A stretch of DNA of 64,000 nucleotides, taken from assembly GCF_001194135.2 (NCBI RefSeq), contig NC_068990.1, positions 84,524,176 to 84,588,175 of the forward strand, in the 5' to 3' direction. Positions 35,666-49,411 of the stretch are shown here, in pieces; positions within the stretch are counted from its first letter, which is position 1, and every line of letters begins with the position of its first letter. The notes beneath the pieces were generated by a model. The model was given only the letters and a program-made list of their open reading frames with translations. It did not search any database and was not told the origin of the DNA. The position numbers and the translations under genes were made by a program. Origin of the DNA: Octopus bimaculoides (lineage: Eukaryota).

Positions 35666-38328
35666 CATGCATATGTGTGTGTATCTACCTATCTATATGG
35701 GTGCTGGTGCCACATAAAAAGCACCCAGTACACTCTGAAGTGAGTGTTGGTGTTAGGAAGGGCATCCAGCCATAGAAACCAAGCCAAAAACAGACTATGG
35801 AACCTGGTGCAGCCTCTGCCTCCAGTCAAGCAGTCCAACCCATGCCAGCATGGAAAACGAACATTAAATGTTGATAACGATGATGATGATATATGTGTGC
35901 ATATGTGTGTGTGTGTGCGTATATGCCATGTGAGTACAGCCTAAAGATTACATGAAGGCACCAGACATGTTATAAAATGCTGTCTGTTATCGTTTTCATT
36001 GGATGAAATTATTAGAAGCTCATAAAAATATATAATACATTCATTAGACAATAGTTATCTCTCACCAGACGGAGTACTTTTTTGTTTTATTGATCTTACC
36101 TTCACTGAACAGTATACTATAAAATATATATTCTTTCATTCTTTTACTTGTTTCAGTCGTTTGACTGCGGCCATGCTGGAGCACCACTTTAAAGGGTTTT
36201 AGTCAAAGAAATCAACTCCAGGACTTATTCTTTGTAAGTCTAGTACTTATCCTATCAGACTCTTTTGCCAAACCACTAAGTTACAGAGACATAAACATAG
36301 TCACACACAAACAAACAAATATACATACACACACACACACATATATAAATATATATAAATAAAAATATATATAAATATATATAAATAAAAATATATNNNN
36401 NNNNNNNNNNNNNNNNNNNNNNNNNNNATATATATATATATATATATATATAAACATATATAAACACACACACACAGACACACACACACACACACACAGA
36501 CAGACACACATGTGCACACGCATTTGTACATACAAATATATATAAATATACAAGTTTTATGTCTGTCCAATTTGGCATGTTGTGGTAATGCAATGTCATA
36601 ATTATACTTGAACTTAAATCTCGTCCAAGTAAATATACCTTACACCCTCACTCTCAATAAAGAGCAAGAACAATGAGAGAATTAAAGTTTTGCCAAATTT
36701 TACTTGAGTTACCTTTCAGAATGGCTGGTCATAAAGTGCAGTTTCAAAATAGAACACATTTTCTTTGTAAAGTATTGTCTTGATTCTCATATATGCTGAC
36801 TTTATATCAAGGCAATGCCGACACTCTATTATATAACAATATTTGTATTCATTGAAATTTAAGGGTGGGCATAAACATAGCTCCATAGTTAAGAGGTTTA
36901 CTTCACACCTAAGTGAGTCTAGGTTCAATCTAACCGTGCAGCAATCCAGGGACATGGTCTTTTTTTTCTTTTTTTCTCTCTTTCAATATAGACTCAAGTT
37001 ACTCAGTGTTTTACACATAGGACTTTGGTAGAAAGAAACTGACTATAGATTTGCTTGACCAAGACTGACCAGAAGAAAAGCAAAAGTGACCAAGTAAATA
37101 GAGTCCCAGCATTTCATCTAGTACTCTATCAACTCAGACATCCACTCCTTTCAAATATACTTCTTACAAAGACACAAAACCTCGGATTTGAAGGGAAGGA
37201 GGGTGAGTCAATTAAAGACTCCAGTACTTGACTGGCAACATATTTCATGGCATATAAGGAGCATAGGTATATTAATTGCATTCCAATTTCAGCAGTGCAT
37301 ATTCAGGTAAAGAAGTTTTTAGAGCATTAAAGTATGTAAAGTAAATAGTAAATATCCCAGGCTACTGTAAGTAGCCTTGGATAGTTTTCTACCTGGCTGG
37401 CTCCTGTTAACCATCTTACCCATGCAAGGATGGAAAACGAATGTTAAACAATGATGATGATGATATATATGACTGTGTGAATGAATGTGTGTGTGTGTGT
37501 ATGTGTGTATTTACATGTATTGAAGTGAGGGCTACTAAATAACAACACAGACCTCATGTACTGGATTGAGTTCAATTCTACTTTCAAAAAAAAAAAAGTG
37601 TTAGCTCTGACAGAAACTAGCATCCTCTCCCCAGGGAGATTTTTCCCTGGTCCACTTGAATGTCATAGAAATCAGAGAGAAAATAAACACCAAATTCAAT
37701 GAATTGTAGAGCACCATGACAAGGCAACCAAGAAAGTGCAACACAGAATGTTATTATCATTGTATGTTTATACTAAAGTAGAATAAGTTATCTTTGATTG
37801 ACGATGTTTGTACCAACTATTAAGTTACCGTCTAAAACTTCACAACATTTGAACAATATGACCTTGACTATCACTGCAGCCAATGTGACCAGCACTTCTC
37901 AACACAGTGACCACGACAATGACTACTTCAAACATCCACTACCACCACCTTGACCACTCCACATACCCCACCATCACCACAAACACCATGTCAATTAACA
38001 TACACTGTGTCGAGCTAATGAGCAAGCCTCTATGCAGTCACTCAACCCACTAGAAAAAGCAGCCAAATTTCTCTTAAATTATATCCCACTTTCTTAATAA
38101 AAAGAGGACACATTAGATGGTGCAGTTCTAGAAATCTCACAAAAAAGACAGAATATTTATGACTGACCTGTGGCTAAAAACAACATACTCTACACATATA
38201 TATATACACTACAGAGATATACATATTTTGCATATAAACGTAATATATACACACGTCAAAAATGTGTATTATTATACAAAATAAAAATAAAATGTATATG
38301 TAAACACACAAATGTATCATCATCATCC

Positions 38329-38386
<58 letters not shown>

Positions 38387-39797
38387 TCATATACATAGAT
38401 ATACACACATAACATTACATATTTACTTAACAGCAACAAGAATACTAAAGATCGTGCCTTATTTACATTTTTACATTTGTTTTTTCCCGCCCTTATCTCT
38501 CTCTCTCTCTGTTATATTATCCCCTCCCCAACCCCCACTATTACCACATATACACCTCTCCCCACACTACCCCCAACACACAGTTTCTCACCAATCTCAA
38601 TTCTCTTTTTGCTATTATGTAACATCCTCACCTCACCTCACACTCTCATTTCAAGAAGCTTTCTTCTCTTTCTTCCTTGTTCCTCCTTTCCCTCTCTTCT
38701 TCTTATACCTTCACCTCTTTCTTCACTCTTCCACCCCCTCAGCCACTCCCTTCTTCCTCTTCCCCCATCTTCCGCACCATCTCCCATCAATCCCCCCGCG
38801 TGCCATTTCTAGATTCTTTAACTAGGAGGCCACCATGTGCTTGCATATCAAGTCCACATGTATTTATGGAGTCCAACCGTTTCAAACATTCCCACGCTGC
38901 TCAGCTGATTCTGCGAAAACTGCAGAATTCTCTTGGACTGATTCAGGATAGCAACATAAGAAAGAAAGTAAGCAGAACTAACAGTGCCAAATCTAAGCCG
39001 CTGCCGCCAGCAACAGTGGCCCTGAGATCTGAATAAATAATCCGTCCCATCCATTCACATACATATCAATAACACTAGTTACAATCTTATAATATTTGCT
39101 GTTTGTGCAATTCAGTAATTAACAACCAATTAGACAAGCAACAAAGGAGCTTCTATGTGGTTGCTCACACTGATAGAAATAGTAACCAAATCACACATTA
39201 TAAGCACCTGATATTAAAAAAAAGGGTGGGAATGTTTGAATGCTTACAGCTGGAACTCTTTTGAAGATAGATCTGAATAGCAACATGACCATTTACTAAA
39301 ACATTTTTTTAAACTTCTGCTTTTTTCCAAAATCTATTTTGTATTATGCAAAATCTATATCGTTTTGGAAGGGAAAGAACAAATCTTAACCAAAATTTTC
39401 TGTTACCAGGGATGAGATGCTAACCTCTTCAACACTGTCAGCCATTTTACAACCCTTCTCAGACCACAACTTTGGAAAGAAAAGAGCAAATTTTAACTAA
39501 AGTTCCCTACTATCAGGGATAGGATGCTGAATGCTTGAACCTCTCAGCTTTCAGATTACTCTGTCAGATGTACTGCTTATTTATTTGTAAAGTTTTGAAT
39601 TGGTCAAACTTATCTCATAGCTCTGAGATTTTAAAGATTATTTTTAAAAGACATTGTAGTGTAGGTGTGAGAGGCCAGATCATGCATATGCATGTACTTT
39701 CATGTACACAGACACATCACTAAGTGGCACATTTTTGCAGGATCCCCTAGGAACCCTTTTTTTGTGACAAACATATACATGTATGCATGTAAGCAAT

Positions 39798-40164
39798 GGC
39801 ACTCTATCGGTTACAATGATGAGGATTCCAGTTGATCCGATCAACAGAACAGCCTGCTCGTGAGATTAACATGCAAGTGACTGACCACTTCACAGGCATG
39901 TGTACCCTTAACGGAGTTCTTGGGGAGATTCAGTGTGACAAAGCTGGCCCCTTGAAATACAGGTACAACAAAAGAGGAAGAAAGAGTGCGAGAAAGTTGT
40001 GGTGAAAAAGTACAGTAGGGTTCGCCACCACCCCCTGCCGGAGCCTCATGGAACTTTAGGTGTTTTCGCTCAATAAACACTCATAATACCCAATCTGAGA
40101 ATTGAAACTGCGATCGTACGACCACGAGTCCACTGCCCTAACCACTGGGCTATTGTACTTCCAC
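39798..40164 (-). mobile_element. Family D SINE, older copy
   Basis: Reverse-complement match over the full length of 62615-63000. Confidence 0.88.
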
Positions 40165-41939
40165 CTATGCATGTATATGCACAGGCATAATCACATTAAT
40201 ACACACACAAACACACAAAAAAATAACATTCTTTCACCATTTTGTGATACACATATAATTGCATGCATATGTATGTATATACTCACATTAATATACACAT
40301 ACACATGCAGATAGTAGAAATCAAAAAAAGAATGCCATTTTCTAAGACCTATTCTATGTGACATGTACCACAGACATCCACTCAAAAAAACACCCTTGTA
40401 CCATTTCTACAAAAGCTTCATTTTCTGTGAGATTTTTCTGATAGATTGAAGGAAGGTTAAACAAAGAGGCAACATGGGGAGGAATGAAGATAAAAATCTT
40501 TCATTTCAACTGGTTTAAGATTGCGAGGAAACTACAGAGTCATATTATTATTTGCCATCCATTTAACTTACAAAAAACAGGAAGACGGTATTATCTGAGG
40601 AAGTCAATCTTGCCTGTAATTAATGCATGGGAACAGTATAATGAGAGGAAAATAATTAATTAAAAATAGTTTGAAAAATATGGATGAGAAAAGAAAAGAA
40701 AATTTTAATATATGATTATAAAATAAATAAAGTTATCCTTTACGTAGTAAAACAACCAAAATTTATAGCAATCTCAATTTTGGTTGTTTTTTTTTTAATA
40801 TTCTTTTCTAAATTCCAAACACAGATTCAAATTTTTCATATTAATTTTTCTATTTTATTTTATTTTATGTTTTGGTCATTTATCAAAGTTAATTATGATG
40901 TTGATGTAGTGATTAACACTGATAAATAACCAAGAACTAGATTTTTGGATCTGTATGTGTCATGCCAAAGTTTTAGCAACAATGTCTTCAATTTTCACTT
41001 CAAACCTTTTTCTGGATACTACACTGTAGTTATCTTGTTGCTGTTATTGTTCAGCTTAGGTCAAACTAAATCATCAAAACCATTCCAGTTCTGACCATTC
41101 AGACTTCCATATAAAATCATATTCAGCTATTTAGACACAGTATACCTCAGACTACAATATATCTAATGTCTTAAAAAAATGGTAGGATGTGACTTGAGGG
41201 ATTTCTTTTAGAACAGAAGGACATGTCTGATGATATAGCACAGTGCATTTTGTCTGAAGAAAAAGATGCTATACTAAATTACAATACTACACTATTATAG
41301 CACGTACTACACTATATAACACAATATTAGTATCCTGTTCAACAATTCTATAGTACATATACTATAAATTGGTATGCTACATTGTAAAGTAATACACTGC
41401 ATTTCTACAATATAATCCCATGGGAGATTTTCAAGTCAACAAGGGATCTTCTCCAAGGTAACTCGACTTGCTAGAAATGGATGCTAAATCTTCATTTCTT
41501 CACCATCTAGGAAAAGATGAAGACAAATTAGAGAATGTGGAGTTACACACCACTAAAAGGACAAAATGGTCAGGATTAGGATGACAAAGTGGTTCAGGGA
41601 TGACCTGGGGTTAAACAACAACTACACTATACAAAAGTATGCCATACTACTGAGGATTATATCATACTATATAGTAGTATGTTCTGCTGTACTAGTAGGC
41701 ATTACATCGTACTACACTGCACTATGCCACCCTTGTATATTCTTACTATGAAGTAAACAACAACAAAACAAAACAAAAGGATGAAATATTTCAAGCGATG
41801 TTTTCACATTATTAACCCATGTATGGCGTGTGTGAGTGCATGTGTGTGTAAATGTGTGTATTTATAAAAATAAAGGGTATGGATATACTCTTATGGTATT
41901 TATATTAGCAAGAACAACAGCAATACACCAATGAAGGAG

Positions 41940-42135
41940 CATCTATGTGGTTACAAGATCTGTTAGAAATAGTAGCCGAGTGACTTCAATCAAATTACTT
42001 TAAAAAAAAAAAATGACACAGAGGATAGTGCAATTCTAAATGTCTTTAAAACAAAGACAGGATGGTTATGGTTGGAATGCCTTTGCTCATCAGCCTACTC
42101 AATCAGAGTTGCCCCATGGCTAAGCAACAACACCA
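41940..42135 (+). mobile_element. Old interspersed family E (AGAAATAGCAGCCAAATCT...GGATGGTCATGG...GCTAAACAACAAC)
   Basis: Degenerate copies at about 12.0, 18.8, 27.4, 34.0, 38.0, 41.0, 44.0, 47.1, 54.0, 56.7, 57.7, 62.1 and 63.2 kb; class unknown. Confidence 0.7.
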
Positions 42136-43813
42136 CTGCCATCATCATCATCACCATTAAATTTCCACAGAAAAAACAAGAACGGCAGCAGCAGCGGTAC
42201 TGGCACCAGCAGTAGTGAAGGCAGCGGTAACCAAGTGCCCCCGTCAACATCAGCTTGATCTCATTTTCTTCCTCCTTCTAGCAGACTTTATTCCTTGAGA
42301 ATCTCTGTTTGGTCGAAATCTCAAGAAGAAAAAACCCTCAAGTGTGAGAAAAATAAAGAGTGCATCTAACGGTTGGCTGGTCGGCTGGTTGGTTGGTTTG
42401 CTGATGGAGAAACTGGGTGTGTGTATGGTACGGTGAGTGGTTGCTGGGAGGAGGGGGAGGAGGAGGGGGAGGATAAACTGGGGTAGAAAAGATTTTACCG
42501 AAGGAAAAAAAAAGAAAAGAAAGAAAGAAAAACGGAGGAAAGAGAAGCCCATCCATGTAGAAGCTATAAAGGTACAGGGTGGGTGGGAATGGTGGAGGAT
42601 AAATTAAAACAACAACAACAACAACAACAACAACAGTGAAACAAGAGGTGCAAAATGGTTAGTTCATTCCAACCCTAACCCTGCCATACTTCAACCAGAG
42701 ATAATATTTATGGAATCAGGGTAGAGGTGCAGTGAGGTGAAGTATAGTAGGGTGGAGGAGAGGAATGGTTACTGATAGGGAAGTTGTTTTTTTTTCTTTT
42801 TTTTCGTCTTTAGTTTCTGATCAAATCAAATCTGGGGAAAAAATTTGCTGTCCTTTTAGTCTGTACATGTTTGTGTTTGTATATTTATACACACACATGC
42901 ACAAACATAAACATACAAACACACACACACATATATACACACACATATCATCATTTAACATTCATGTCCTATACATGTATACATATGCATATACATGTGC
43001 GTGTGCATGTGTGTGTGTGTGTGCATGCGTGTGACCATCACCTTAATCATCAGGTATGGCCAAGTGGTTACAAAATATAGTTTGCTATCACAACATCCAG
43101 GGTTCGAGTCCACCGTTTGGCACTTTGACCAAGTCTCTTTCACCATAGCTATGGTTCAGGGTCATCTTAGCAAGTTTATGACAGGTAAATCAGTGCACTG
43201 GGCCCAATATTTTTTTTTTTTTTTTGACAGCAAGCCACAATATACATAGATTAGAACTGGGTCCCAAAACCTGTGAGGCCCCTGGCTAACTGCCCAGTAT
43301 GCCCATACCTCAAGACAGCCCTGCTTAGATCAACCCAAGCTTTATGAATGAAACTGAATAGAAAGAAAATGTGTGGAAGCTTGGCAGGGTAAGTGTACTT
43401 GAATTTAAAGGGCTAGGCCTTGTCACAGTGTCCAGAAAATACAGATTTTACAAGAGGATTATGGAGATTTAAGGGCACAAGTACCTGTGGAATACTCAGC
43501 CATTTACACTTTGGAACAATGAGTAGGTAGCTCCTTTAAATGAATGACTGGAAAAATCATTGTCAAAACTGACAGGGGATACATTTACATATAAATATAT
43601 GCATGTGTGTATCCATATATATGTAAGTATATAATGTACAATTGATATATGAATACAATATATATAAGTATGTATAATTATATTAATAATTATATACATA
43701 ATTATAACAAGGGGTTGGTACTATGCCTCTCCACGCGCTGAAAACAGACGCCAAATGATGCTAAAATCATGTGCTGACCTCCTGATAAAATCATGAATGA
43801 TTTTATCCTTTAT

Positions 43814-43884
<71 letters not shown>

Positions 43885-44289
43885 GACACATATGTATGTA
43901 TTTATATATGGCTATCATTACATTAATTACAAGACTGGAGATGTGGTGAAAATTATGAAAATAATCTCTATTGCTTAATTAAATTGTAGTTGCTTTTATA
44001 TGGTTACTCAACTTGCTTGAAATAGCAGCCAAATCTCCCAAATCTCACACAACCTTGACACACTGAATAATGCCGTCCTTGAGACTTTCAAAAAGACACA
44101 AATGGTCTTAATTGGTATCTGTTCCATCATAGAAATGGTCATGGTTCTTCCAGGGTTATATAGATTTCGAGTACTATATATTTTCTCAATTTACCCACCC
44201 CAACAATCATCCTCTCGTAATACATTTAACTATCTATCTATGTATTTCTCTCTCTCTCTCTCTTGCTCTGACACAACACACACACACAA

Positions 44290-44347
<58 letters not shown>

Positions 44348-44729
44348 CACACACACACATATATATACATATATACATACATACACACACACATATATAT
44401 GATAGATATAGATATGTGTGTGTGTGTGAGTGAGTGTGTGTGTGTGTGTGAGTGAGTGTGTGTGTATAGTATATATATATATATATATATATATAATCAC
44501 ACACAGACACACACACAAACACATATATATTTATATACTACAGCCTCTATCTTCAACTTCACCATCGTCCAAACATAACAAAATCTGAATATTTCACAGC
44601 TGGGCACTAAATACATGCATCATGTGCATGTGTGTGTGTGAACACATGTATATGTATCATAATTGTTGTGCTTGTCAAAAAAACAACAACATAGCATTGG
44701 AATGTTTCACAGCTGGGAAAGTAAATGTA

Positions 44730-44785
<56 letters not shown>

Positions 44786-47437
44786 TGTGTGTAAGAGTTG
44801 ATGTTACCAATTAACTGTTGTTAAATCATAATGCATCTAGAAGAAATTCTCTAATAGAACCTGCATTATTTGCTTATATACCTCTCTCTCTCCTCTTCTT
44901 TCTCCTCCTTCCCTCTCTTCTATGTTTCTATCTTTTTCATTCAAGGTCCTTATATTATCCTCGTTAACTACTTGTCTTTCTTAAAAGAGTTCACCCCCTC
45001 GCTATCTTCCTCTACTAATCTTCACATCCTGAAACAAACACACACACACACACACAACAACTGCAGTTTCAGATGAAATGAAACTATTGTTAGGAATTAA
45101 ACCTAAGTCAATGACCAGGTATTTTAATTTCATTTGCTGACGGGGACTTCATTCTCATTTATCTCTGTAGCTAATGGGCGTGAGAAAGTTATGAACATCA
45201 CACAATCTCATATCTTTAGTGCTCCTCACACACTTCCTCTGAATCTAATATCCTTGTATGCAGACATGACCGTGTGGTTCAGAAGTTTGCTTTACATCTA
45301 CATTGTTTTAGGTTCAATCCCAGGGAACACAGACTCAAGGAAATGTCTTACAGCCTTGGGTAGACCAAAGTCTTGAGAGTGAAATTTGTTAGCTGCAATT
45401 AAAGAAGTTTGTTAGGAGTATCATTTGTACTTTCGGGTGGAGGTATAAAAACCTGTTATCTGGCTTGACATCACCATCTGGTCCTGGATTCTTTTAATGA
45501 AGTCCTCCTTCACAGTTACAAGCATCCAAGCCAGGTTTCTGTTCTGCAGATAACATCTTTCCTTCCTTCCTCACACCAGGCCCAAAAAAGGGTCATTGGG
45601 CACTATTCTTATGCCTTTGACTAATAAATTAATTAAAAATGGATACTTATATTACACATACACACACACACACTCATGGTGTGTGCATATCTTTGTGTTT
45701 TTCTCCACTCTGTCTAAGTTATGAAACTTGGGGTGGTACCTATAACATTCCTCATGCCCTCTGAGACTCCTGGGGTTTGGTAGGGGTAATGCATGAAAGA
45801 AAACCAAAATCCATGGGTTACAGTAGTGGGGAGTAGTATGAGGGGTGTGAGTGTGGAAGAAGACTACAACCCATGAGTAGCTATAGAAGGAAGTAGCAAC
45901 ATTTAGAAAGCAAGTTATCCTTGACCAGAGATCAAATCTTCACTCTAACAAATTCCTGATTAATCCAACCAATCTTCACACATTCCTTCCATCTCACAGA
46001 TCAAAGACAGCATATACAAACTATGGGTAAGCTAATGAAGAATTAAAACTGGATTATGGACACAGTTCACTCACAGCTTACTCCTTGCTCTTGTAACGTT
46101 GACATTTAGTGATTAAAGAGAAAAAAAAACTGAAAATAAAGAACGTATTCCTTTGAGACAATATTTAATGGTATTAGATGTTGTTGTTGCTGTTGTTGTT
46201 GGTAGTGGTGGTAGGTGGTTGTGGCAGTGGTAATAATAATGGATCAGACAACAAGCAACTTAAAACAAGAACAACCATGTCAATAGAAGGCAAAGCTTAA
46301 ACTTCTTAACACTAACCAAACAAAGAAAGCCATTGGGTGGATGTTTGTCATTCATTCTCACTTATTTTCTCTTATGTGTATGCATGTTATGTGTGTTTGT
46401 ATATACACACACCTACAAATGCCTATAATAGCAAGTGAGGTATAATTGATTATCTTGATAGACAACACAGCCATTTTCTTCTTTTCACTTTTTTTTTTGA
46501 CCTTCTGCAACTCTGCTGCAAATATTCAGTGGTGTTCATTTAATCGTACAATGGATGCAAGTTTTGAAATAATGCATGGACTTTTTACATAGCCTGAACC
46601 TAGTTTTAAAATTGATTTTGTCTTTTGAAAATAATAATCAATGTGTTCAATATAGAATTCTCATGTAGGCTTTTTGTTAGAGTGTTGGGCTCATGAACAT
46701 AAGGTTGTGAGTTCAATTTCTGAAGTGGGTGCTATGTTGTGCCATTTAGCAAGACACGGTGCCCAGTACTGGTGCAGCTCTTTCCCTCTCCAGCCATCAC
46801 AGTCTCAATGTTCCATGTACCGAGAGGTCTAAGAGGGTGCTATATCTACAACTAGGCATCTACAAGAATTACAGAAAGCATGGAGCATGCTATCATGTCG
46901 CATTCGCTTGCAAGTAATAACTATGTATACTTTTCACTTTCATAATCGCATACACATACACAGAGACACAAACACACATGCATGCACACACACACACACA
47001 CAATCCAAAAATCCACACAAGGCATTATTTATACTCCCTTGATTTACCTAGCAACAGCAACATGAAAACATACATATTCAATGAAGGAGCCCCAACATGG
47101 TCACTCGACCTATTAGAAATAGCTGCCAAATCTACTGTCTTCAATAAAGAGAGACACATTGGACAATGTAGTCCTTGATATACAGAGAGGCAGGATGGTC
47201 ATGAGCTGGGTGGAATAACTTTGATTATGGGTCAGCTTGGTCAAAGCTGGTCTAAGGTGAAACCATGACAACAATCAACAATAACAGTAATAATAATAGT
47301 TACAATATAAAAATTTAAAGGGGGCTTTCTGTGAAACAATGCTTTAATAATACATTCATCTAACCCATACTAGCAAGGAAAAACAGACATAAAAACGAAC
47401 AAATGAAATAAAGAATTGAGATGGAAATAAAACAAAC

Positions 47438-47497
47438 CTCTTTTTGGATTCCATGAAAGCGTCATATTCTTGTGCCATTTTACAACACAATGCTTGA
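47438..47497 (-). CDS. fng: Fringe 60-bp exon (R-QALCCKMAQEYDAFMESKK-R)
   Basis: ttttcag acceptor, AG|gtttgt donor, phase 2 to 2; conserved ALCCKM..E.D.F..S.K. Confidence 0.95.
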
Positions 47498-47745
47498 CTG
47501 AAAATAGAAATTAAAACATAAATTAGAGAATTTTATTACGAGAAATGTAAACAAATTGTTTGTTTTCAGAAGCACTGAAATGTGTATTGCAAGATACAAA
47601 TAAGCAAATAAGGGGACAATTTATTTTCAAATGCATAAATGCTGATAGAACAGCAGAGATTGGATAAGATATCCATACAAAGTGGAAAAATTTTTCAACA
47701 ACCAGCCATGGAAGTTTATAAAGAGTAAAGGTCTGTATAGAAGTT

Positions 47746-47783
<38 letters not shown>

Positions 47784-47788
<5 letters not shown>

Positions 47789-47924
47789 TGAGTCAGCCTC
47801 TTGCTATTCTGGAGTTCCATCAGCATGCTCAGAAGGTCATCAGATAAATTATGACTCATAATTTGCCTGATGATCCTCTGAGCACGTGCAAACACCAGTG
47901 TAGCAAAGAGACTGACTCAAACAA
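47784..47924. repeat. ~140-bp imperfect palindrome (foldback)
   Basis: Arms 47784-47854 and 47856-47924 are reverse complements (outer 13 bp and inner 9 bp perfect; about three-quarters identity overall). Confidence 0.92.
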
Positions 47925-49411
47925 AATAAAAAATATTAATTTCTACTAAGGTATTGGGTACTCATTCATCTGACAGCCAACACTAAACATGTACACAAAC
48001 ATCAGTAATTCAGAAGGCCAGCATTGTCACACAGCTTGTGGTAAGTGTCTGTGGAATAACCAATTACATTATAATACTATTACATATTATTACATAATAG
48101 GCACACTCCAATTTCAAATTCCACCACGGTTGATTCTGCCTTTCATCCTTTCAGGGTCGTTAAAATAAGCACTGGGGTTGATGTAATCGACTTACCTCCT
48201 CCCCCGAAATTGCTGGCCTTGTGCCAAAATTTAAAATCACTATATAGCAAGTAGATTATTTGATCAAACAACCAAATACTCATTCTTTGAAACCAACAGA
48301 GGAACCTCATGTTGTTGTTGAGTTACCCCTGATTAGTGTAGTGTTTAATATTATGTATGGCATTATAAAGATTTTATCAATGTCTTTTAAATTGCCAAGT
48401 TACTCTTAGACATAGACACAGCTCAACACACCAGTTTATAACCATGGAAAGATGGACAGATGTGTGCGCACACTCACTCACAAACATTACAAACTTTTCT
48501 CAGCTTTTTTCAACCAAATTCCACTCACAAGGCGGCTCTGGTTAAGTCAAGACTACTGTAGAACATATTTGCCCAAGGTGACACAAAGTGAGATCAAACT
48601 CAGAACTACATGGTTGAATAGTAAATTTGCTAACTACATAATCATACCAGCTCCTGTTTGAGATAACAAATTACGAAAATGCAGGGTAATAAATGGCAGA
48701 AACTATAAGAATGTCTGACAAAATGCTTTGAAGTGGTTAGTTATACTGCAGCTATAACCTAAATTGAAATCCTGCAAGGGTTGGCTTTGTCATTCAAACT
48801 TGATTGATAAAATAAACAAGTATCATTCAACTCAAGTACCAGGGGTGTGTTTTTCTTGATAGCTATGTGAAGTAAGTCATGTGCAGAATCTAAGTTCAAT
48901 AAAACTAAAAGAAATACAACACAAAAACTATAAATCAAGCTCAACCCATGTCATCATACCCAAACATAAGTAATTTGTTTGTTTCTTTCTTTTTCTCAAG
49001 CTTTCTCATTAGTAGAAAATAAGAAAAACAGGTGAGTCACTAGCAAAAATACTATGATATATAATAGAGAGGTAGAGTGGGTTTAAGTTTGGGAAGTAAA
49101 GGAAGTAGAAGGTGAAAAAGAAAAGGAAAAAACCCAGCATCAACTTTTAAAGGAACTTGGATGAAGATATTTTGTAAATGACTGTAAAATCAAACAGTTT
49201 GTCTAATAATAGCAACAACAATATAATAATAGTGATGGTTTCTGATTTAAGCACGAGGCCAGTAATTTTGAAGGGGGGAGAGTTAGTCGATGCTATCGAC
49301 CCCAGTACATGACTGGTACTTTCATTTTATCTCTAGGTGCCAAGTTGCAGGCCATTAACTGATCCTGGTTAATAATGCATGCTTTAAGACTACCATGTAA
49401 TTCCTTCAGTA

